Below, piece by piece: positions 57,965 through 64,000 of a DNA stretch of 64,000 nucleotides. Within the stretch, counting starts at the first letter, position 1. Each line of letters starts with the position of its first letter. Below the pieces are notes generated by a model. That model was not told where the DNA came from. It saw only the letters and a program-made list of their open reading frames with translations, and made no database searches. The position numbers were made by a program, and so were the translations under genes. This stretch comes from Botrimarina sp. (GTDB taxonomy: Bacteria; Planctomycetota; Planctomycetia; Pirellulales; Lacipirellulaceae): the NCBI RefSeq assembly GCF_040219535.1, contig NZ_JAVJSH010000002.1, positions 16,370 to 80,369 on the forward strand, given 5' to 3'.

Positions 57965-58774
57965 TCACTCCACGACGACCCCGTCGAGGCCCTCCTCGGC
58001 CGCGGGGATTTGCGGGTTCATCTTCTCGAGCGTGTCGCGGAGCAGCTCGCTCACGATCAGGTTGCGGTACCACTTGCGGTCCGAGGGGATCACCTGCCAG
58101 GGAGCGTGCCCGGTGTTGCAGTTGGCCAGCGCGTCCTCGTAGGCGGCTTGGTAGTCGTCCCACAGCTCCCTCTCGGCGAGGTCGGCCCGGCTGAACTTCC
58201 ACCGCTTGTGCGGCTTGTCCAGCCGCGCCTGCAACCGCTCGCGTTGCTCGTCCTTGCTGATGTGGAGGAAGCACTTCAGCAGCACGACGCCCCCCTCGGT
58301 CAGCAGCTTCTCGAAGTCGTTGATCCGGTCGTACCGCTTCCGCCACTGCTCCTCGGGGACGAGGTTGTGCACACGCACGACGAGCACGTCCTCGTAGTGG
58401 CTGCGGTTGAAGATGCCGATGTTGCCGCGGCGCGGCACGGCGCGGTGGATCCGCCAGAGGAAGTCGTGGTCGAGCTCCTCGTGGCTCGGCTGCTTGAACG
58501 GCGTGATCTGGAAGCTCTGGGGGTTGATGCCGGTCATCACCGTGCGGATCGTGCCGTCCTTGCCGGCGGTGTCCATCCCTTGCAGCACCAGCAGCAACGC
58601 GCGGCGGTTCTCCGCGTAGAGCTGGTAGGCCAGGTCGCGCGACCGCTCGGTGTTCTCCTCGATCCGCTCCTTGGCCTTCTGCTTGTCCCAGTCGCCTCGG
58701 ACGTGTCGCGGGTCGACGCCCTTCAGGTCGAGCCGCGTGCCGGGAGCGAAGGTGATGGGGTGGGGCATGGGCAA
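57965..58774 (-). CDS. ppk2: polyphosphate kinase 2 family protein
   Basis: A Walker A-like GMDTAGKDGTI is present, with FLWRIH...P..G.IGIFNRSHYEDVLVVRVH. The length of 269 aa fits a one-domain PPK2. Confidence 0.9.
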   Translation of the reverse strand: MPMPHPITFAPGTRLDLKGVDPRHVRGDWDKQKAKERIEENTERSRDLAYQLYAENRRALLLVLQGMDTAGKDGTIRTVMTGINPQSFQITPFKQPSHEELDHDFLWRIHRAVPRRGNIGIFNRSHYEDVLVVRVHNLVPEEQWRKRYDRINDFEKLLTEGGVVLLKCFLHISKDEQRERLQARLDKPHKRWKFSRADLAERELWDDYQAAYEDALANCNTGHAPWQVIPSDRKWYRNLIVSELLRDTLEKMNPQIPAAEEGLDGVVVE

Positions 58775-58880
58775 AGTGGCCGGGGAGAAGGATCCGGTGG
58801 TAGGTAGAGCGTCGCTCGCCCATGATGACTGCCACGCCAGGGGCCTGCCACCTGCGGCCTACCCCCGGCCACCCGCGGCC

Positions 58881-59060
58881 TCATTCCAATTCCCCCCAGG
58901 CGTGCGCTTCGCCGTCTGGGTCGATCTCGACTCGGATCACGTTCGCGCGGCAGCACACGGGGCAGTCTTCGACATACTGCTGGCTCGCGCCGGCCGAGAG
59001 GTCGATCGGCACGACGATCTCCTCGCCGCACTCGCCGCAGGTGTAGGAGGCTTCGTGCAT
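58881..59060 (-). CDS. CPXCG-motif cysteine-rich small protein (59 aa; below the ORF-track length cutoff)
   Basis: I translated this by hand: MHEASYTCGECGEEIVVPIDLSAGASQQYVEDCPVCCRANVIRVEIDPDGEAHAWGELE. The C..CG...(n)..YVEDC.VCC pattern matches the Cys_rich_CPXG family. Confidence 0.7.
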   Translation of the reverse strand: MHEASYTCGECGEEIVVPIDLSAGASQQYVEDCPVCCRANVIRVEIDPDGEAHAWGELE

Positions 59061-59067
59061 GCTAGAA

Positions 59068-59162
59068 GGTAGAGGGCAGTAGGCAGAGGGCAGCAGGCAG
59101 GCCTGCTAAACGGTGGGGCTATTTGAGCAAATCTGCCTACTGCCCTCTGCCCTCTGCCTACT
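59068..59162. repeat. inverted heptamer arrays of the GGCAG type (AGAGGGC/AGTAGGC/AGAGGGC/AGCAGGC ... CTGCCTA/CTGCCCT/CTGCCCT/CTGCCTA), family B
   Basis: GTAGGCAGAGGGCAG 59079-59093 is perfectly complementary to CTGCCCTCTGCCTAC 59147-59161. It fills the spacer between the rtcB stop (59164) and the CPXCG start (59060). Confidence 0.8.
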
Positions 59163-59163
59163 C

Positions 59164-60585
59164 CTAATCCTCCGCTCGGCTGCCGTCGCCGCACATGCGG
59201 ACTAGCCGGGGGTCGAACCGTGCGACGACGTCGACCAGGTCGGCCTGGGCGCCCATGACCGCGTCGATGTCTTTGTACACGCCGGGGACCTCGTCGGCGC
59301 CGGCCGCGAGGACCTCGACGCCCTGCCCCGCTAGCCGCTTCTTCTCGGCGCCGAAGCGGAACGTGTCGCGCGCCTGACGCCGGCTCATCCGCCGCCCCGC
59401 GCCGTGCGACGCGGAGTTCAGGCTCCCCGGGTTCCCCTTGCCGCGGACCACGTAAGCGGGCGAGGCCATCGAGCCGGGGATCACGCCGAGTTCCCCCGCG
59501 GCGGCCGGCGTGGCGCCCTTGCGGTGGACGACCACCTCCTTGCCGCCGTGGAACTCCTTCCACGCGAAGTTGTGGTGGTTCTCGACCCCCGCCACCACGT
59601 GGGCGCCGAGGAGCTTTGTCACCAGGCGGTGGATCACCGCGTGGTTGGCCGAGGCGTACTCGCCCATCAGGTTCATCGCGGCCCAGTACGCTTGGCCCTC
59701 CTCGCTGTCGAGCGGCAGCCACGCCAGGCGGCCCAGCTCCGCGTGCCGCTTGGGCAGCAGGCGCTGCGCGATCTGGCTGTACGTGCTGCACACCGCCGCT
59801 CCGGCGCCGCGGCTGCCGCTGTGACTCAGCAGCGCGAGGTAGCGGCCCGCGTCGAGGCCGAGCTCTTCGTCGCGCTCGTCGAGGGTGAGCTCGCCGAACT
59901 CGACGAAGTGGTTGCCCGAGCCGCTGGTGCCGAGTTGCTTCCAAGCGGTGTCCTTCTTCTCGCGCGTGACGCGCGAAACGCCCCAGTCGCGATCGAGCAC
60001 CTCGTGCTGCTGCCGCGGCGAGTGCTCGACGCCCACTCCGAAGCGTGTGCCCCCCTCGAGCGCTTCCTTCAGAGCGTTGCGGCGCGTGTCGATCGACTCG
60101 GGCGGCAGGTCGAGCACCGACAGCTTCATGCGGCACGCGATGTCGACGCCCACCGCGTACGGGATCACCGCGTTCTCGCAAGCCAGCACGCCGCCGATCG
60201 GCAGGCCGTAACCCACGTGCGCGTCGGGCATCAACGCGGCGCCCACGGCCAAGGGCACGCGGCACGCCTGACGCATCTGCGCGTGGGCGCCCGGGTCGAT
60301 CGCGTCGTCGGGCGAGGGGGCCTCCCACGACTGGTACGCGATCGGCTCGCGGCGCGGCGGGTCGGGCGCGGCGGCGTCGTCTTCGAGGGCTTGGGCGAAG
60401 GGGGCCCACACGGGGTCGCCCTTGTGCTCGGCGGGCGAGCGCAGCACGGCGGCGATGGCTTCCTTGGCGCGCTTGCCCTTCAACCCAAACCCGGTCCCCT
60501 GCTCCGACGCGGTCGACAAGCAGCGGATCGCGGCGGGCACACAGACCGGAGGCACGCCGAGCTTCTCGAGTTGCTTGCGGTTCAT
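59164..60585 (-). CDS. rtcB: RNA 3'-phosphate ligase RtcB
   Basis: RtcB motifs are present (MPDAHVGYG.PIGGV, D..CRM, GSGNHF.E, HSGSRG, NHHN, SASHGAGR). Confidence 0.95.
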   Translation of the reverse strand: MNRKQLEKLGVPPVCVPAAIRCLSTASEQGTGFGLKGKRAKEAIAAVLRSPAEHKGDPVWAPFAQALEDDAAAPDPPRREPIAYQSWEAPSPDDAIDPGAHAQMRQACRVPLAVGAALMPDAHVGYGLPIGGVLACENAVIPYAVGVDIACRMKLSVLDLPPESIDTRRNALKEALEGGTRFGVGVEHSPRQQHEVLDRDWGVSRVTREKKDTAWKQLGTSGSGNHFVEFGELTLDERDEELGLDAGRYLALLSHSGSRGAGAAVCSTYSQIAQRLLPKRHAELGRLAWLPLDSEEGQAYWAAMNLMGEYASANHAVIHRLVTKLLGAHVVAGVENHHNFAWKEFHGGKEVVVHRKGATPAAAGELGVIPGSMASPAYVVRGKGNPGSLNSASHGAGRRMSRRQARDTFRFGAEKKRLAGQGVEVLAAGADEVPGVYKDIDAVMGAQADLVDVVARFDPRLVRMCGDGSRAED

Positions 60586-60871
60586 CGGCGGGATCCTCTC
60601 TCGCTGCGGGGTGCGGCTTTCACGTGCCGCACGGGACCACGGCGGCCGGCGAAAAGTTCGAGAAAAACCCGTGCCAGAGCAGAACCAAGGGGCCGCTGGG
60701 TGAGTCTAAACAGTTAGGAATCGGCCATTTCCCGGGACAAATCTCCGCTGCACCGTTCCGGGCCGCCGATTAAACTAACGGAGTCGAGGTCGCGCTAACG
60801 CGGCGCGACGGACGAACCGGTCCCGTGGGGGTGTCTCTGGCATTCTCGCCCCACGCGTCCAGCACTTAATA

Positions 60872-60974
60872 CGAAGGAGGTGGTACTTTGACCGACTGTT
60901 GTAAGCGTAGCCAGCCAGGTGGTCTGGCTTGACGACGACCGGCGGGTCGCCGTGAGCGACCACCACCTGCTTCG
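60872..60974 (+). ncRNA. candidate structured RNA element: 13-bp helix pairing an AAGGAGG sequence with a downstream CCACCT segment and enclosing two small hairpins and a 14-codon ORF
   Basis: CGAAGGAGGTGGT 60872-60884 pairs with ACCACCTGCTTCG 60962-60974 (12 of 13). The inner hairpins are AGCCAG/CTGGCT (60909-60914 / 60924-60929) and CGACC/GGTCG (60935-60939 / 60944-60948). The class is unknown. Confidence 0.3.
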
Positions 60975-61049
60975 ACCAGCGCCGCCGCGTTCTGTAGCCG
61001 GCTGTATGCCGACGGCGTAGCGAGCGGGGTCTAAGCACTGACAACGACA

Positions 61050-61087
61050 CCCGGCCCCGCCCTCGTGGCGGGGCCGGGCTTTTTTTT
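61050..61087 (+). terminator. strong intrinsic terminator with no annotated gene upstream
   Basis: A 12-bp GC stem CCCGGCCCCGCC / GGCGGGGCCGGG (61050-61061 / 61067-61078) has a 5-nt loop and is followed by eight T. Confidence 0.8.
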
Positions 61088-61152
61088 GTCCATCCGGGTT
61101 TTCCGTGAGTGCAGTTCCCTCGGCTCGGGCTCGACAAGAGGAGGCCGCCCCG

Positions 61153-61215
61153 CCCGTTTCCGCCGTCGCGTCGATCCCATCGGAGGGCGAGGACCGACGC
61201 GACGGCGAAAACGGG
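61153..61215. other. long hairpin: 21-nt arms with one mismatch
   Basis: CCCGTTTCCGCCGTCGCGTCG 61153-61173 is complementary to CGACGCGACGGCGAAAACGGG 61195-61215, with a 21-nt loop. Confidence 0.7.
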
Positions 61216-61517
61216 AGGGGATCACCAAGCTGTAGTACTTTGGGGCGTGATTCTGGATCGATAGGTCTCGCTCGAGCCCCGTCGTCGTCGCCCTCGCGTC
61301 GGCCGTCACCCCTGGGCCGCGGTCGATGCGAGGGCGATGGCGTCGGGGCGACCCCCCGCTCGTTGTTGTCCGAGTTGAGGTCCAAATACGCGTTTGTCCG
61401 AGGTTTCTTACGGAGAACCCGGAAGGACCTTTTCTTGCCCAGCGAACGCGTGCGGACCCGACTCGCCGTCCCGTCGGCCGCTCCCCCGCGGTCGCGGCTG
61501 GGCGTACACTCGCGGCG

Positions 61518-61949
61518 ATGCACGCCGACCCTCCACCCGAACCGAACCCCGACGACCCGCTCGAACAACAGCAGTGGCTCGTCGAGTCGTCGCTGCCGTT
61601 GGTGTTCGCGACCTACGACGAAGCGATCGCCGACGGGCTGCCGCACCCGGTGGTGGTGCTCGTCGATTGCGAAGACGAGCTCGGCTCACAGATCGCCCGG
61701 GGATGGCTCGGCGACGACACGGTCGACGACGCTATCGCCGACCAGCCCGCCGAGTCGGACGACGGCCAGCCGCTAACCACCGTGTTCGCGCGGGCGGTCG
61801 CGTGGAGCGAAATGGCGGGCCTCGCGGAGGCCTTCCCCTACTTGTCGGGGGCCCTCGCCGAGGGCCCGCCGCGGGGGGGCGTGATGGTCGTGGGGGTTAC
61901 GGCCGGCGGCGCCTCGGCGCTGACGGCGCCGTGGGACGCCCGCCCCTGA
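61518..61949 (+). CDS. hypothetical acidic protein
   Basis: The ATG lies inside ORF 61326..61949. The composition is protein-like, but I recognise no motif. Confidence 0.4.
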   Translation: MHADPPPEPNPDDPLEQQQWLVESSLPLVFATYDEAIADGLPHPVVVLVDCEDELGSQIARGWLGDDTVDDAIADQPAESDDGQPLTTVFARAVAWSEMAGLAEAFPYLSGALAEGPPRGGVMVVGVTAGGASALTAPWDARP

Positions 61950-62044
61950 AGCAGCCGATTCGCCCCGCGAGAGTTGGGCTTCGGGCCGCCGGGCTTGTAC
62001 AGTGGGGAAACGCTCGCCCGCAGAATCCCCGCCGAGGCTCGTCG

Positions 62045-64000
62045 ATGCCGCCGAAGCATCTGAATACTCCGCTGCTGCTGTCGCTGGTCGTGTCTGTTGC
62101 GGCCGCCACGGCAAACCGCCCCGTGCTCGCCGACGCGCCGGCCGTGGGCGCGCTCGCGCAGTTCGAGGGCCGCGGCCCGCGCGGTCGCCCCGGCGGCTCT
62201 CCGCCGGGGCAGGAGGCCAAGCCCGAGGGCGAGAAGAAGGACGAGGAAAAGAAGGACGAGAAGGGCGACGAAAAGAAAGAAGAAGACAGCGAGAAGAAAG
62301 ACGGCGACGACAAGCCCGAAGCGCCGAAGCCGGTCACCCGCCCCAACGAGCCCCCCAAGCCGCCCGACCCGCGCGAGCTAGAAGCCAAACCCGACGAGAG
62401 CGGCCGCGTGTCGTTCTCGTTCAACGGCCAGCCGTGGGCCGACGTGCTGCAGTGGCTCGCCGCGGTGAGCGACCTGAGCCTCGACTGGCGGGAGCTGCCC
62501 GGCGACTACCTCAACCTCACCACCCAACGCGCGTACCCCCTGCCCGAGGCGCGCGACCTGATCAACCGCCACCTGCAAGCGCGGGGCTACGCGCTGCTGC
62601 TCTCCGGCGAGGTGCTCAGCGTGGTGAAGCTCTCGGAGCTCGAGCCGAGCCTCGTGCCGCGTGTCGACGAGGAGGAGCTGTACGACCGCCAGCCGCACGA
62701 CATCGTCAAGCTCTCGCTCGAGCTGCCGCCCGGCCTCGAGGCGAGCAAGGCGGTCGAGGACCTCAAGCAAGCGATGGGCCCCCACGCGAAGGCGCTGCCG
62801 CTCGCGGCGACCAAGCGGGTCTTGCTGATCGACAACGTCGCCAACCTGCGGATGGTCAGCGCGCTGCTCAACTCGGAGCGGGTGGCCGCCGAGGGCCGCG
62901 AGGTGCCGCGCGAGTTCTTCCTCGAGTACGTGCAGGCGTCGGAGGTGATCGACATCCTGTACGTGGTGCTCGGCCTCGACCCGAACAGCCGCCCCAGCCA
63001 GATGGAGCTGCGGATGCAGCAGCAGAAGCTGGAGCTGATGCAGCAGATGGCGCAGCGCGGGCAGGACGTCGCGAAGCTGCTGCAGAAGGAGGGCCCGCCG
63101 GTCTACCTGGCCTACAACCGCCAACGCAACAGCGTGCTAGCCAACGCGCCGCCCGCCGAGATGCGGGTCATCGCGCGCGCCATCGAAGCGCTCGACGTGC
63201 CCTCGACCGAGGCGCCCACCGCCGGCGACCCCGGCGACCGCACGCTCGAGCAGTACCGCCTGAAGACCATCGCCCCGCAAGCGGTGATCGACACGCTCAA
63301 CGAGATCGGCAACCTCAGCCCCCGCGCCGAGCTGCGTGGCGACGCCGACTCCAAGACGCTCTTCGCCCGCGCGTCGCAGCGCGACCACACGAAGATCGGC
63401 GAGCTGATCGAGCAGCTCGACGGCGCCGAAACGGTCGTCGAGGTGTTCTGGCTCCGCCGCCTGCCGGCCGAAGCGGTCGCCGGATCGATCCAGGCGCTGA
63501 TCATCGAGAAGCCGAAGGAGGACGACGACGACGATATGCCGTGGTACTACAGCTACCGACGGAACCGCGACAGCGACGAGGAAGAGCCCGACACGATCCT
63601 GCGGGTCGACGCCGACATCGAGAACAACCGCCTGATCGCGCGCGGCACGCCGCGGCAGATGGAAGAGATCCGCGACCTTCTGACGAAGCTGGGTGAGCCG
63701 CCGCTGCAGGAATACGAGAACCGCAACATGCGCGTGTTCGACGCGCTCGGGCCCGAGGAGACAGCCCGGCTGTTGCGGCAGATCGAGTCGGCGTGGCCGG
63801 CCATCGGCGGCGAGACCGAGCTCGTGCTGCCGCCCGACGCGCAGGAAGACGAACCCAAGGCGACCGACGACTCCGCCGAAGAAGACGCCAAAACCGAACC
63901 GCGCACCACCGCGCAGCGCCCGCCCAACCGCTTCCGGTTGCTCAACGTGAGCGACGGCGGCGCCGACGAGGAGGCCGAACCCGCCGCCAAAGCGACCAAG
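62045..64000 (+). CDS. secretin-family (GspD-like) protein, N-terminal part; continues beyond the window
   Basis: This ORF is not in the track because it has no stop inside the window. A signal peptide MPPKHLNTPLLLSLVVSVAAATA is followed by a Lys/Glu/Asp-rich linker. An N0/STN-like module follows (VSFSFNGQPWADVLQWLAAVSDLSL). Repeated Secretin_N-like modules then appear (..FLEYVQASEVIDIL.., ..YRLKTIAPQAVIDTLNEI..TLFARASQRDHTKIGELIEQLD). Confidence 0.6.
   Translation, partial: MPPKHLNTPLLLSLVVSVAAATANRPVLADAPAVGALAQFEGRGPRGRPGGSPPGQEAKPEGEKKDEEKKDEKGDEKKEEDSEKKDGDDKPEAPKPVTRPNEPPKPPDPRELEAKPDESGRVSFSFNGQPWADVLQWLAAVSDLSLDWRELPGDYLNLTTQRAYPLPEARDLINRHLQARGYALLLSGEVLSVVKLSELEPSLVPRVDEEELYDRQPHDIVKLSLELPPGLEASKAVEDLKQAMGPHAKALPLAATKRVLLIDNVANLRMVSALLNSERVAAEGREVPREFFLEYVQASEVIDILYVVLGLDPNSRPSQMELRMQQQKLELMQQMAQRGQDVAKLLQKEGPPVYLAYNRQRNSVLANAPPAEMRVIARAIEALDVPSTEAPTAGDPGDRTLEQYRLKTIAPQAVIDTLNEIGNLSPRAELRGDADSKTLFARASQRDHTKIGELIEQLDGAETVVEVFWLRRLPAEAVAGSIQALIIEKPKEDDDDDMPWYYSYRRNRDSDEEEPDTILRVDADIENNRLIARGTPRQMEEIRDLLTKLGEPPLQEYENRNMRVFDALGPEETARLLRQIESAWPAIGGETELVLPPDAQEDEPKATDDSAEEDAKTEPRTTAQRPPNRFRLLNVSDGGADEEAEPAAKATK

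Noticed and set aside
60775-61646. 120-aa and 283-aa minus-strand ORFs upstream of rtcB
   Set aside because: Their composition is Arg/Pro-rich and they have no motifs. They overlap the plus-strand terminator and hairpins, so the region is more consistent with non-coding sequence.

Overview
A high-GC chromosomal segment, gene-dense and mostly housekeeping. The gene content suggests a Planctomycetota (Pirellulales-like) genome: a fused SecDF, HTH-REC regulators, a BBP7-like outer-membrane protein and a large secretin-like protein. This taxonomic call is inference only. I support about 50 protein genes and one tRNA-Thr(CGU). The protein genes include a cheA(hybrid)-cheW-mcp-cheB-cheR chemosensory cluster and a small HTH-REC/histidine-kinase operon. 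Core metabolism and translation genes are mnmG, hisC/hisD, ltaE, gdh, aroF (DAHP synthase), msrA/msrB, metH, tgt-yajC-secDF, cysE and trpE. Other genes are a Ser/Thr kinase with a PP2C phosphatase, mcsA/mcsB, a co-directional rtcB-CPXCG-ppk2-DUF433-UDG cluster, HigBA and BrnTA toxin-antitoxin pairs, and two Uma2 endonucleases. I found no CRISPR array, transposase, integrase or prophage. The most interesting signals are non-coding. (1) A 26-codon ORF rich in Phe/Tyr/Trp, followed by a strong intrinsic terminator, lies directly upstream of DAHP synthase and looks like a ribosome-mediated attenuator. (2) Intergenic hairpins recur whose two arms are made of short-period (mostly 7-nt) tandem repeats. 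At least two sequence families are present (GGCGCTA and GGCAGNG), and several arms abut start or stop codons. (3) An orphan structured region with its own terminator lies divergent from rtcB, and its Shine-Dalgarno-like sequence is paired into a helix. Many long ORFs in the six-frame track are antisense or out-of-frame GC-rich shadow ORFs, and I rejected them.
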